Program-made: the position numbers and the translations under genes
Shown: piece by piece, positions 20,558 to 30,441 of the stretch
How positions within the stretch are numbered: the first letter of the stretch is position 1
Layout: the number at the start of each line of letters is the position of its first letter
Assembly (NCBI GenBank): GCA_035577545.1
Contig: DATLVI010000024.1
Span: 133,478-197,477, forward strand
Origin: Verrucomicrobiia bacterium
Lineage (GTDB): Bacteria > Verrucomicrobiota > Verrucomicrobiia > Palsa-1439
Reading direction: 5' to 3'
Length of the DNA stretch: 64,000 bases
The notes under the pieces: model-generated
What the model was told of the DNA's origin: nothing
Database searches by the model: none
The model's input: only the letters and a program-made list of their open reading frames with translations

Positions 20558-21117
20558 CTCCTCCGTTTATTGGGTTAGTACGTTGGACTTCTGCGTCTTC
20601 GTCGGCTATTCCAAAGCTACGTGATCTCGTATTGATCGTGACCCCGCAGCACCGAGGCATACCCACAACAACCCGTCGCGATAGGAGACGGGGATTCCCG
20701 AAAGCGGTTGCGGTTGCGCCTGAACTTGGGCGAAAACACAGGAACACGACACCGCTGCGGGTAACAAGCCTCGCATGGTCGCGAGTGTTTGCAGTCCCTA
20801 TGCCATGTGTCTCCGCGATATGCGCAAACAGCATTTTTACAACTGGTTACGTAGTTTCGTCGGGTCCCATTCAGCGCTGCGTTCCGCCGGTTGTTGACCA
20901 GCGTGGTCAAATAACAACAACGTCAATTCCCCAATGGGCTCGTCAATGTAGTGGATAGTGAAAGATCAGCGTGAAGACGAAAGGGAGGATAATAATTACA
21001 CGACCATTGGTTTCAGGCATCTGCAGATGTCCCTGCCTGCATCGCCGTGTTCGCCTTTGACCCGTTATCTCGGATCGTGTTTTACATCTGGAGTTTCGTG
21101 GCGCTTTCATGCAAATT

Positions 21118-21182
21118 GGAACCGGCGATGGGGTTCGCCTGCAACCGTCCCGGATGCTTTCGGGACTGATGACTCCTACCAA
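21118..21182 (+). ncRNA. fluoride riboswitch (crcB motif)
   Basis: GGCGAUGGGGUUCGCC...AACCGUCC...CUGAUGACUCCUACC matches the crcB-motif consensus; lies directly upstream of crcB. Confidence 0.75.
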
Positions 21183-21197
21183 CGCACAGAGGATGAC

Positions 21198-21626
21198 ATG
21201 TTCAGATTGTTACTACTGTTTTTTGGAGGAGCGCTCGGGACGCTGGCCCGGTACGGCCTGAACGGCGTCATCTCCGAGCATCAATCGAAACACTATCCGT
21301 GGGCGGTGGTCTTTCCGCTCGGTACGCTCCTCGTCAATGTCAGCGGCTGTTTCGCCATCGGTGTGATCGCCGCCGTCAGCGGTCCGGCGACGGGGCGCGC
21401 GGGGCTCAAGCCTGAGTGGCGCGATTTCCTCATGATCGGTTTCTGCGGCGGATACACCACATTTTCCAGCTACGGGCTGCAGACGCTCAATCTGGCGCGA
21501 GACGGAGAGTGGCTGGCGGTCACGTTGAACATCGTCGGCTCCAACGTGCTCTGCTTGCTCGCCGTTTATCTCGGCTGGGTCTGTGGGCGCGCGTTGCAGG
21601 CGAAATTCCATGGAGGCGCACTATGA
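21198..21626 (+). CDS. crcB: fluoride ion channel CrcB/Fluc
   Basis: 4-TM Fluc pattern (GGALGTLARY, GTLLVN, GFCGGYTTFSS); the track ORF 20958.. has an N-terminal extension covering the riboswitch. Confidence 0.85.
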   Translation: MFRLLLLFFGGALGTLARYGLNGVISEHQSKHYPWAVVFPLGTLLVNVSGCFAIGVIAAVSGPATGRAGLKPEWRDFLMIGFCGGYTTFSSYGLQTLNLARDGEWLAVTLNIVGSNVLCLLAVYLGWVCGRALQAKFHGGAL

Positions 21627-21964
21627 AACTCGAAGGCGAAGGCTCTCTTTTGCGAATCTATCTCGGTGAACTCGACAAGTGGCATCACCAGCCACTCTAC
21701 GAAGCCATTGTGATCAAGGCGCGTGAGATGGGCCTGGCGGGCGCGACCGTGCTGCGCGGCCCGATGGGGTTTGGCGCCAATTCACACCTGCACACTGCGA
21801 AAATCCTCCGGCTCAGTGAAGATTTACCGATCTTGATCGAAATTGTGGACAAGGAAGAGAGGATCAAGGCGTTCCTGCCCGAACTCGACAAAATGCTGGG
21901 CGACGGCCTCGTCACCCTCGAAAAAGTGCATATCATTCGCTATCGTGGAACTGCGCCGCCCTAA
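21623..21964 (+). CDS. DUF190-family protein (fluoride-associated)
   Basis: ATGA overlap with crcB; ~113 aa; LLRIYLGE...W...PLY pattern typical of DUF190 proteins encoded next to crcB. Confidence 0.65.
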   Translation: MKLEGEGSLLRIYLGELDKWHHQPLYEAIVIKAREMGLAGATVLRGPMGFGANSHLHTAKILRLSEDLPILIEIVDKEERIKAFLPELDKMLGDGLVTLEKVHIIRYRGTAPP

Positions 21965-21979
21965 AATCATCCTATTGTC

Positions 21980-22270
21980 ATGAGGCAGGCCTACCGTTCC
22001 ATTACCAAACACACGACGTTCCGACTCAATGCCCCCGAGGCACAAGAGGTTCGTGTGCTCGTCTGTTTGGTCAAAGATGATGCGAAACCGATGACCCGCG
22101 CCTTGCACAAGGGCCTCGATGGTGTGTGGAGTCTGCGGACGGAACTGGCGCGGGGGCGATACGTCTATCGGTTTCTCGTGGATGGCGCTCCCGTGCTCGA
22201 TCCGACCGCTCGCATCGATGTGGAGGACGACCAGGGCGGCAAGTGGAGCATGCGCGAGATCGGGCATTGA
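21980..22270 (+). CDS. small E-set/CBM48-like (glycogen-binding-domain-like) protein
   Basis: VRV..........H....G.W........G.Y.YRFLVDG pattern, as in AMPK-beta / isoamylase N-terminal domains. Confidence 0.4.
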   Translation: MRQAYRSITKHTTFRLNAPEAQEVRVLVCLVKDDAKPMTRALHKGLDGVWSLRTELARGRYVYRFLVDGAPVLDPTARIDVEDDQGGKWSMREIGH

Positions 22271-22382
22271 AACGCGTGCTAAGCTGCAGGCAATCGGCAA
22301 TAGGGATGCATCGATACCTCCGCAGGCTTTTTCGTTGCTGCGAGCGTAGCAAGGCGCTACAAGACACCAGGCGAGGACTGTT

Positions 22383-23384
22383 ATGACCGAACCGATACGT
22401 GTGATTCAATATGGACTGGGTGCCATTGGGCGCGCGGCGGCCCGGTTGGCGGCGAGCCGACCGGGGATCGAACTGGTCGGCGCGGTCGATCGTGATCCGA
22501 AGCTGGCTGGCAAGGACCTGGGTGAAGTGATCGGTCTTGACCGCAAGCTTGGCGTGGCTGTGACTGACAAGCCGGTCGTTCTGTTTGCGCAGACCCAGGC
22601 CGATGTGGTGATTCATTGCACGACGTCGAGTTTCGTCGAGGCCTACGAGCAGCTCACGGAAATTGTGCGCGCGGGTTTGCATTGTGTGACCTCTTGCGAG
22701 GAGGCGTTGTTCCCGTATTACCGGCACAAAGTGCTCGCGGGGAAGTTGGACGACTTATGCATTCAGAAAGCGGCGGCCGTGGTCGGCACGGGTGTGAATC
22801 CCGGTTTGGTGATGGACACGCTGGCGCTGCTGCTGACGATGGCCTGCCAGCGTATTGAAGCGGTCCGTGTGCTGCGCGTAGTTGATGCCGGGACGCGACG
22901 CGAGGCGCTGCAGCGCAAGGTGGGCGCGGCGTTGAGCGAAGAAGAATTCAATGCCCGAAGTGAGCAGCGCAAGGTCGGCCACGTTGGCCTGGCGGAGTCA
23001 CTGGTTTTTCTCGCGGACGGACTGGGCTGGGCGCTGGACGAACTGAATGAGAGCCTTGCGCCCGTGATTGCCACCAAGACAGTTAAGACGGAGTTTCTTA
23101 CCGTGGCGGAAGGCGGTGTTGCTGGCGTGCGACAGTTTGCGCGTGGTTTGCGCGGTGGTAAGGAAGTGATCACGTTGGAATTGCAGATGTATGTGGGTGC
23201 GCCGAATCCACGCGACGTGATCGAGATTGTCGGCGAACCGCCGTTGCGGTTGGTGATCGAAGGCGGCGTCCCGGGCGACGTGGCTACGCCGGCTATTCTG
23301 GTGAACACGCTTTCCCGCTTGGTGGAATGTCGGCCCGGCTTGCACACAATGCGCACGCTCGGCCTGCCGCGGATGACACTGTAA
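22383..23384 (+). CDS. DapB-like NAD(P)-binding dehydrogenase (dihydrodipicolinate reductase / 2,4-diaminopentanoate dehydrogenase family)
   Basis: N-terminal Rossmann motif VIQYGLGAIGRAAARL; GTGVNPG core. Confidence 0.55.
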   Translation: MTEPIRVIQYGLGAIGRAAARLAASRPGIELVGAVDRDPKLAGKDLGEVIGLDRKLGVAVTDKPVVLFAQTQADVVIHCTTSSFVEAYEQLTEIVRAGLHCVTSCEEALFPYYRHKVLAGKLDDLCIQKAAAVVGTGVNPGLVMDTLALLLTMACQRIEAVRVLRVVDAGTRREALQRKVGAALSEEEFNARSEQRKVGHVGLAESLVFLADGLGWALDELNESLAPVIATKTVKTEFLTVAEGGVAGVRQFARGLRGGKEVITLELQMYVGAPNPRDVIEIVGEPPLRLVIEGGVPGDVATPAILVNTLSRLVECRPGLHTMRTLGLPRMTL

Positions 23385-23386
23385 AC

Positions 23387-23920
23387 ATGGCGAACATCGT
23401 TTACTTCGATTTGGAAACCCAAAAGAGCGCGGCCGAAGTCGGCGGCTGGGACAAGAAGCGCGACATGAAAATGTCCGTCGGCGTCACCTACAACACGGCT
23501 GACGGGCAGTATCGGATTTTTTCGGAAGAGCAGGTCGCCGATTTGGTGAGGCAGCTCACCCGCGCGGACAAAGTGATCGGCTTCAACATCATCAATTTCG
23601 ATTACGAGGTGCTGCACGGTTACACCCCGCTGGATTTGCATTCAACGCCGACACTTGATCTGATGGTGGACCTCGAACAGAAGCTTGGCCACCGGGTCTC
23701 GCTCGATGCCGTAGCCAAGTCGACACTCAACGCGCCGAAGATTGCCGACGGTCTGCAAGCGTTGAAGTGGTGGAAAGAGGGCCGGCTCCTGGAGATCGCC
23801 GAGTACTGCTGTTTCGACGTGAAGATCACCAAGGAACTCCACGAATACGGCAAGCAGCACGGCGAAGTCTCGTTCGTCGACCGGGTGGGCCAGAAACGCA
23901 CTGTGAAAGTGAAGTGGTAG
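23387..23920 (+). CDS. DEDD-type 3'-5' exonuclease-like protein (RNase H-like fold)
   Basis: VYFDLETQ (Exo I motif DxE); the later FNIINFDYEVL and YCCFDV segments fit Exo II/III. Confidence 0.5.
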   Translation: MANIVYFDLETQKSAAEVGGWDKKRDMKMSVGVTYNTADGQYRIFSEEQVADLVRQLTRADKVIGFNIINFDYEVLHGYTPLDLHSTPTLDLMVDLEQKLGHRVSLDAVAKSTLNAPKIADGLQALKWWKEGRLLEIAEYCCFDVKITKELHEYGKQHGEVSFVDRVGQKRTVKVKW

Positions 23921-23962
23921 AGTTTCCTTGAACAAACCACCCCTGCGCCCTGTCCAATCCGC

Positions 23963-24622
23963 ATGAAACAACGACTCCGGATCTTCTGGCGTGAATGGAT
24001 TTTGCCTGCGGTGGTGGCTGTGGCTATTCTTGCGCCGTTGCGGTCGGCGGTGGCGGATTGGAATGACGTGCCGACGGGCTCGATGATACCGACCATCCTC
24101 GTGGGTGACCGTATCTTCATCAACAAGCTCGCGTACGACCTCAAGGTTCCGTTCACCACCTGGCAGGTGGCCAAGTGGGCTGATCCGCAGCGCGGTGACA
24201 TCGTTGTGTTCCCGTCGCCGGCGGACGGGATTCGGCTTGTGAAGCGCGTTGTCGCGGTGCCGGGTGACCGCATCGAATTACGGAACGATCATCTCGTCAT
24301 CAACGACGAGACAGCATCGTATGCATTGGTCAACAACAACGTTGCGGCAGGGTTGGTTCTCAATGAGACTCTCTCGGGGAAAACACACTCCCTGATGATC
24401 CAACCGCAGCAACGAGCTATGCGATCTTTCGGGCCGGTAGAGGTTCCCGCAGGCAAATACTTCGTGATGGGCGACAACCGCGACAACAGTTTCGATTCGC
24501 GCTATTTCGGGTTCGTGTCACGCGACCGCATTCTGGGCCGCGCAACCTTGGTGGCGATGTCGTTCGACCACGACCGGCACTACCTACCACGTTTTGACCG
24601 GTTCGGCCACAGCCTGCCTTGA
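23963..24622 (+). CDS. lepB: signal peptidase I
   Basis: PTGSMIPTILVGDRIFINK (catalytic Ser box), VKRVVAVPGD (Lys box), GDNRDNSFDSRYFG. Confidence 0.85.
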   Translation: MKQRLRIFWREWILPAVVAVAILAPLRSAVADWNDVPTGSMIPTILVGDRIFINKLAYDLKVPFTTWQVAKWADPQRGDIVVFPSPADGIRLVKRVVAVPGDRIELRNDHLVINDETASYALVNNNVAAGLVLNETLSGKTHSLMIQPQQRAMRSFGPVEVPAGKYFVMGDNRDNSFDSRYFGFVSRDRILGRATLVAMSFDHDRHYLPRFDRFGHSLP

Positions 24623-24685
24623 TTCGCAAGGACACGGCCGGGGAAACTTCCGCGACGTTGCGGTGTTTCACTGTGTGCAGTAGCA

Positions 24686-25279
24686 TTGCGCGTGATGACT
24701 CCCAACGATTCCGACGTGGTGCTGATGGTGCGCGTGCGTGAGGGGGACACGGACGCGTTTCGGGAGTTGGTCGAACGGCACCAGCGGGCCGTGATCAATA
24801 CCATCCATCGCGCCATCGGCGACGCCTGGGAGGCGGAAGACCTGGCGCAACGCGTTTTTTTGCAGGTCTATCGGTCGGCAAAACGCTACCAGCCGACCGC
24901 GAAGTTCACCACGTGGCTCTTCACCATCACCCGTAACACGATTCTCAACGAGCACCGTCGTCGCAGTCGTCACGCCGCCCAATCGCTGGAGGCCCTGCAA
25001 GATCCAGCCGACCCGGAGAGCGCGGGTTGGCAGGCCCCCGACAAAACGGCGCCTGACCCTGCGCAGGAGGTGGTCGAACGCGAGTTGAAAGAGAAGATCA
25101 TGGAAGCTGTCCGGGAATTGCCCGAGGCGCAGCGCACGGCGGTGATCCTGTGCCGGTTCGAAGGCCTGTCCTATGAGGAGATTGCGCAAGTGCTGGGTTG
25201 CTCGGTTTCCGCCACGAAATCATTGCTGCACCGCGCGCGCCAGACGCTAAAAGAAAGGCTCCGCGGCTATTACCAGTGA
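24686..25279 (+). CDS. ECF (sigma-70 family) RNA polymerase sigma factor
   Basis: region 2 (FRELVERHQRAVINTIHRAIG...AEDLAQRVFLQVYR) and region 4 (LPEAQRTAVILCRFEGLSYEEIAQVLGCSVSATKSLLHRAR). Confidence 0.85.
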   Translation: MRVMTPNDSDVVLMVRVREGDTDAFRELVERHQRAVINTIHRAIGDAWEAEDLAQRVFLQVYRSAKRYQPTAKFTTWLFTITRNTILNEHRRRSRHAAQSLEALQDPADPESAGWQAPDKTAPDPAQEVVERELKEKIMEAVRELPEAQRTAVILCRFEGLSYEEIAQVLGCSVSATKSLLHRARQTLKERLRGYYQ

Positions 25280-25323
25280 AACCATTTACTGTCGGCGGTG
25301 TTCCAACAAGAGGACGGAAAAAC

Positions 25324-25761
25324 ATGCGTTGTCAGGCAATTAAAGAGCAGTTCGACGAGCGATTGGATGGACGCCTGTCTGAGTCGCAGCAGGCGGCCTT
25401 TGACGCCCATGTCGCGGCCTGCGCGGAGTGCCGTCCCGAGTGGCAGGCCTATGCGGGCGCGTGGGAAGTGATCGGACGTCAGCCGGGAATTGAACCGTCC
25501 TTCGGGTTCGTCGAACGCACGGTGCGGCGACTAGACGAGCAGCCGGCCGTGGGTCGTTCATGGTTCTGGCAACCTGCCGTCCGTTGGGTGACGCTCGGTG
25601 CGGCCGTCTTCGCGCTCAGTGTGGTCGGGTGGGTTGGGCGCGCGCGGATGCAGGAGCGGAGGCGCGCCGAGCTTTACGCGCATGTGCAGCAGGCGGATTA
25701 TCTGGAGGACTTCGATGTGATCGCCAACCTCGACCAAATCGAGGGAGGGAGCCATCTATGA
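25324..25761 (+). CDS. anti-sigma factor (zinc-finger type, single TM)
   Basis: HVAACAECRPEW motif typical of ZAS-like anti-sigma N-termini; one TM; immediately downstream of the ECF sigma gene. Confidence 0.6.
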   Translation: MRCQAIKEQFDERLDGRLSESQQAAFDAHVAACAECRPEWQAYAGAWEVIGRQPGIEPSFGFVERTVRRLDEQPAVGRSWFWQPAVRWVTLGAAVFALSVVGWVGRARMQERRRAELYAHVQQADYLEDFDVIANLDQIEGGSHL

Positions 25762-26291
25762 GGCGGATTGTCCTGCTGTCGATTCTACTGATTGGCGCCG
25801 TGGTTGGGGCAGCGCCGGCGCAGCAACCGCCGTTGCCGACACCCGCACCGACCGATCAGACCAACAAGTCCAGATCCAAGCCGCCCCTTACTGAGGAGCA
25901 GCGCGCCCAGCTTGAGCAGCGCCTGAACGAGCAGTGGACCAAGATGCCGGTGGAAGCGAAGTCGCGATTGATGCGTCTGCATCGGGCGCTCTCCGAGATG
26001 CCGCCCGAGGAACGCAAATTCGTTCACGACCGCGTGGAACGTTTCCTGAACATGTCGCCGGCAGAGCGGGAGAAGTTGAAACAGAACAAGCAAAAATGGG
26101 AGCAGATGACGCCCGAGGAACGGCAGAAGGCGCGCGAGGAATTCCGCAAACGCAGCCAGGAGTTTGAACAGCAGTGGCATCGTGCGCATCCCAGCGAAGA
26201 CGTGGTGCCAAACTCGACAAATGAATCAAAGTCACCTCCACCACCCGAAGGCAATGGCGCGCCGCCCCCAACGCCGTCGCCAGCCCCGTGA
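25758..26291 (+). CDS. DUF3106-like periplasmic protein (ECF operon partner)
   Basis: signal peptide; repeated ...PEERxKxRE...W..MTPEERQKAREEF motifs; ATGA overlap with the anti-sigma gene. Confidence 0.5.
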   Translation: MRRIVLLSILLIGAVVGAAPAQQPPLPTPAPTDQTNKSRSKPPLTEEQRAQLEQRLNEQWTKMPVEAKSRLMRLHRALSEMPPEERKFVHDRVERFLNMSPAEREKLKQNKQKWEQMTPEERQKAREEFRKRSQEFEQQWHRAHPSEDVVPNSTNESKSPPPPEGNGAPPPTPSPAP

Positions 26292-26351
26292 CATTTCCTG
26301 AACTGCCAAACGATTTTTTCCGAACTACCAAACAAACCGAAGGAGACTGAA

Positions 26352-26864
26352 ATGAAACGCGGAATGATAATCGCCTGTTTGATCGGCCTTGTGGCCACCG
26401 TCGGCGCCCGCGCCGCGGATGAACCCGCCGCCAAGCCGACAGAAAGCCCCCGGCCAATGCGCGGCAATATGATGGACAATCTCTTGTTCCCGCGCGTGCT
26501 GGACGAACTCGCACTGACGGCCGACCAGAAAACCCAGTATGGCGTGCTAGAAGCGAGCTTCAAGAAGGACGCCGCGAAATGGCAGGCGGACAACAACTAT
26601 GATCCCGCAAAGGCCCGCGAAGAGATGCGCGCGGCCAGGGACGCGAACGATCAAGCGGCCCTGAAGAAGCTGGCCGACCAACGCAAGGGTCTCATGGATA
26701 TTCGGAAGGGCTACATTGACAAGCTGCGCAGCTCCCTCACCGATGACCAGAAGACCAAACTGGATAAGGCCCTCGCAAATGGTCCTGGCCGCGGACCGCG
26801 CGGCGGACCGAACGCGGACAGCAAACCACCCGCACCACCGACGCCACCGCCAGCCAATAACTAG
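26352..26864 (+). CDS. periplasmic LTXXQ-motif (Spy/CpxP-like) protein
   Basis: signal peptide; two LTxDQK motifs (LTADQKTQ, LTDDQKTK); Pro-rich tail. Confidence 0.55.
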   Translation: MKRGMIIACLIGLVATVGARAADEPAAKPTESPRPMRGNMMDNLLFPRVLDELALTADQKTQYGVLEASFKKDAAKWQADNNYDPAKAREEMRAARDANDQAALKKLADQRKGLMDIRKGYIDKLRSSLTDDQKTKLDKALANGPGRGPRGGPNADSKPPAPPTPPPANN

Positions 26865-28171
26865 ACTTCCTGTCTTTCATCACGCGCCGCGTGAGGTTGT
26901 ATTCCACCTTGCGCGGCGTTTGTGTTGCGGAACCTGGCGACGAAGGCGCCGTCCATGCTGTCGCGCGGCGGAAAGCTGGATCGCGTCGCTTCCAACGTGA
27001 ATTCCGGGTGCGACTTGCTGAACCGCTCAACGACCCGTTGGTTTTCCTCTTCTTCGAGGCTGCACGTGCTGTAGACCAGGATGCCCTGCGGCTTGGTGAA
27101 TGGCACGGCTGCGGCCAGCAGCTTCTCTTGCAACGTCGCGAGCTTGCAGATTTCACTTTCTTCGATGCGCCATCGCAGGTCGGCGCGACGGCGAAGGACG
27201 CCCGTGTTGGAGCAGGGCGCGTCAAGCAGCACACGGTCGAACTGGTCCCCACGAAGACAGCGATCCAAGTGTGTTCCTTCGCAGGCCAAGGTCGCCACGA
27301 TGGTCACGCCCAGGCGCCGGCAATTTTCCCCAACGAGCGCGAGCCGTGAACTCGACATGTCAGCGGCGATGATGCGTCCGCGATTCTGCATCTTCTGCGC
27401 GAGATACGTCGTCTTGCCGCCCGGTGCGGCGCACATATCCAACACTGACTCACCCGGCTGCGGGTCGAGCACATCCACGGCGGTGAGAGTGGACGGATCC
27501 TGCACGTAGAACTCGCCACTCGTAAAAGATTTGCCCTGAAAAAGTCCTGACGCATTCAGTATTCGCCAGCAAAGTGGATGCGTTGTCGGTTCAGCCTCGA
27601 CATCGGCAGGTTTGGTTGACGTCTTGAGCGTATTGATCCGTATGTAAATGGGAGGAGGCTGGTTGTTCCATTCGCAGAGAGCTGCCGCCGGCCCGCGGCC
27701 CAGTCGCGCCGTCCAACGTTCCCACAGCCATTGCGGGTGGGAATAGTAAATCCAGGGGGCTGCCTCGCGGGTTGCTTCCAATCTCGACACAAGAGCACCG
27801 TGTTCCCGTTCGGCGCGACGGAGGATTGCGTTGACGAATTTTGCTTCGCTGGCATGAGCCTGGGACTTGGCGAGTGAGACGGTTTCATTTACTGCCGCGT
27901 GCGCCGGGGTCTTGAGATAGAAGAGTTGGTAAAGACCGAGCTGGAGAATGTTGGCGACAACGGGTTGCGGGGGCGTGTTGGCCAGTTGCGTGATCAAAAA
28001 CTCGAGCGACAACTTTCGGCGCAGGCAGCCGTAGAACAGTTCGGTGACAAAAGCGCGGTCGGGGCCAACGAGCGGGGATGAAGCCAGCGCGGCTTCGAGA
28101 AGCTCGTCGGCCAACTGGCGTGATTTTTGCCAGTTGTTGAGTAGGTTCAAGGCGAGTGCGCGGGCGTTCAC
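26861..28171 (-). CDS. rsmB: 16S rRNA (cytosine967-C5)-methyltransferase
   Basis: NusB-like N-terminus; DMCAAPGGKTTYLA SAM motif; PCS and TCS catalytic Cys motifs. Confidence 0.85.
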   Translation of the reverse strand: MNARALALNLLNNWQKSRQLADELLEAALASSPLVGPDRAFVTELFYGCLRRKLSLEFLITQLANTPPQPVVANILQLGLYQLFYLKTPAHAAVNETVSLAKSQAHASEAKFVNAILRRAEREHGALVSRLEATREAAPWIYYSHPQWLWERWTARLGRGPAAALCEWNNQPPPIYIRINTLKTSTKPADVEAEPTTHPLCWRILNASGLFQGKSFTSGEFYVQDPSTLTAVDVLDPQPGESVLDMCAAPGGKTTYLAQKMQNRGRIIAADMSSSRLALVGENCRRLGVTIVATLACEGTHLDRCLRGDQFDRVLLDAPCSNTGVLRRRADLRWRIEESEICKLATLQEKLLAAAVPFTKPQGILVYSTCSLEEEENQRVVERFSKSHPEFTLEATRSSFPPRDSMDGAFVARFRNTNAAQGGIQPHAARDERQEV

Positions 28172-28300
28172 GGGTCGAGGCTAGCCCCGAAGATAATTCG
28201 AGGCCAGCAGAAACGCGGCGGGCACGGATATAACGGCTGGCGAATTCGTAACAAGTCCGCTAGGATGCAGAGGCGGCGCAGATGCCGCACTTTTGGTCTT

Positions 28301-29824
28301 ATGCAAACAACGCACGATATCCTCGCCATTGTGGGCCGCCCAAACGTCGGGAAGAGCACGCTTTTCAACCGCATCGTGCGCCGTCGCATCGCCATTGTCC
28401 ACGAAGAGCCGGGCGTGACACGCGACCGGGTCAGCGCTGTGGCGAACTGGGATGGGAAGACGTTTGAGGTGATCGACACGGGCGGGATCGGGTTCATGGA
28501 CGATGAGAAGAGCGGGGACGTCCTGGCGAGCGCGGCGCGGCACCAAGCCGAAATCGCCATCGAAATGGCCAGCGCGATCATCATGGTTGCGGATGTGACA
28601 GAAGGCGTGGTGCCGCTCGACCAGGAAATCGCCCGGAAGTTGCGTTCAAGCGGCAAGCCGGTGTTCCTCGCGGTTAATAAGGTGGACAATGCCGGTCGCG
28701 CGCGGAACGAGGCGGAATTTGCGGAGTTGGGCTTCCCCAAGACGTTCTCCATTGCCGCGGTTCACGGCACCGGTGTGGAGAGTTTGGTGGATGCCGCCAC
28801 GGAAGCATTCTCGGCGAACGTGGTACCGGAAACTGTACGGACGCCGCGCATCGCGATTGTGGGTCGTCCGAACGTCGGCAAATCGTCATTGATCAATGCG
28901 ATCCTGAAAGATGAGCGAACAATTGTCAGCGATATTCCCGGCACGACGCGTGACTCGGTGGATGTGCCATTCACGGTGAAAGGGAAACCGTATTTGCTGG
29001 TCGATACGGCCGGGCTGCGGCATCGGCGCAAGATCAGGACATCCGTGGATCAATTCGGCCTGATGCGGGCGGAACGTAGCATCCGTGAATGCGATGTCGC
29101 TGTGCTTGTGCTTGATGCGGTCGCGGGTGTGACGAACCAGGACAAGAAAATCGCCGGGCAGATTGCGGACGCCGCGCGCGGCTGTGTCATACTGGTGAAC
29201 AAGTGGGACCTCGCAGCGGAAGAAGAGGAAAAGGACCATCGGTTGGAGCAGCAAGGAAAGCGGAGAAAAACCACCTTCCGCGAGAAATACCTGGAGGCTT
29301 TGCGGAAGGAATTGTTCTTCCTGGATTGGGCACCGGTGTTGTTCGGGTCGGCGAAGACGGGCCAGAACCTGAATCTATTGTTCGACCAGATCACCGTCAT
29401 CGAGCAGGAGATGACGCGACATGTGGAGACGCCGCAGTTGAACAAGCTGTTTATGCAGGCACTTGACGCGTATCCGCCGCCGCATGTTGGCGGAAAGCGG
29501 TTCAAGGTCTATTATGCTTTCCAGAAGCCCACACAACCGCCCACATTTCGATTGTTCGTCAACAACGTGGGCGCGTTGACGCCGCACTACAAGCGGTTCC
29601 TGATTGATAAAATCCGCGCCACCTACGCTTTTACCGGTTGTCCGATCCGGTTGGAATGCCGGGAGCGCGAGCGGCGGGAATTTGTGAGATCAGCGCAGCC
29701 TACAAAGCGCGTCTCCGAACGCTCCACACGACGACCGGAGCAGAATAAAAGGCAGTACCCGGCGCCGGGCAAGGCGAAGTATTCGACGCACGGTAAGGCG
29801 ACGAGCAATCGGCGTCGGCGATAG
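28301..29824 (+). CDS. der: ribosome-associated GTPase Der (EngA), with basic C-terminal extension
   Basis: two GTPase domains (GRPNVGKSTLFN, DTGG; second GRPNVGKSSLINA, DTAG) plus a KH-like C-terminus; the track ORF starts 36 nt upstream. Confidence 0.9.
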   Translation: MQTTHDILAIVGRPNVGKSTLFNRIVRRRIAIVHEEPGVTRDRVSAVANWDGKTFEVIDTGGIGFMDDEKSGDVLASAARHQAEIAIEMASAIIMVADVTEGVVPLDQEIARKLRSSGKPVFLAVNKVDNAGRARNEAEFAELGFPKTFSIAAVHGTGVESLVDAATEAFSANVVPETVRTPRIAIVGRPNVGKSSLINAILKDERTIVSDIPGTTRDSVDVPFTVKGKPYLLVDTAGLRHRRKIRTSVDQFGLMRAERSIRECDVAVLVLDAVAGVTNQDKKIAGQIADAARGCVILVNKWDLAAEEEEKDHRLEQQGKRRKTTFREKYLEALRKELFFLDWAPVLFGSAKTGQNLNLLFDQITVIEQEMTRHVETPQLNKLFMQALDAYPPPHVGGKRFKVYYAFQKPTQPPTFRLFVNNVGALTPHYKRFLIDKIRATYAFTGCPIRLECRERERREFVRSAQPTKRVSERSTRRPEQNKRQYPAPGKAKYSTHGKATSNRRRR

Positions 29825-29832
29825 TCGCGGTC

Positions 29833-30420
29833 ATGCAAATCAAAGCACTCGCGGTGTATTGCGGTTCGAGCCCGGGGTTGCTTCCGGAATACAAGGAAGC
29901 GGCCATGACTTTCGGCGCGCTCCTGGCGCGGGAGGGGATCGCGCTGGTTTATGGGGGCGGGAATGTTGGGCTGATGGGAGCGGCGGCGGATGGGGCTCTA
30001 CAGGCGGGTGGAAAGGTTATCGGTGTGATCCCGCACGCGCTGGTCGCGAAGGAATTGGCACATCGCGGCGTCACGGAATTCTATCCCGTCGATACCATGC
30101 ATCAGCGCAAACAGAAGATGGCCGATCTGGCGGACGGTTTTGTGGCGTTGCCCGGTGGGATCGGGACGCTGGAAGAAATATTCGAAATGTTGACCTGGAA
30201 CCAACTTCACATTCACGGAAAGCCGTGCGCGTTTTTGAATGTCGCGGGCTACTACGAACCATTGGTTCGTTTTCTTGAACACATGGTCCAGCAGCGCTTC
30301 CTCAAACAGGCGCCATTTGATGCGCTCATTGTCGATTCCGATGGGGCATCGCTGCTGGCGAGAATCCGTGCATATGCCCCGGTAAAGACGGATAAATGGA
30401 TCGATAGAAAGACCAGCTGA
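29833..30420 (+). CDS. LOG family cytokinin riboside 5'-monophosphate phosphoribohydrolase (TIGR00730)
   Basis: VYCGSS, GGGNVGLMG, PGGIGTLEE motifs. Confidence 0.85.
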   Translation: MQIKALAVYCGSSPGLLPEYKEAAMTFGALLAREGIALVYGGGNVGLMGAAADGALQAGGKVIGVIPHALVAKELAHRGVTEFYPVDTMHQRKQKMADLADGFVALPGGIGTLEEIFEMLTWNQLHIHGKPCAFLNVAGYYEPLVRFLEHMVQQRFLKQAPFDALIVDSDGASLLARIRAYAPVKTDKWIDRKTS

Positions 30421-30441
30421 CAGGCGCTGTAGGATTGGCGG

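Noticed and set aside
20958-21197. N-terminal 80 aa of track ORF 20958..21626
   Set aside because: This stretch is the fluoride riboswitch aptamer; crcB starts at ATG 21198
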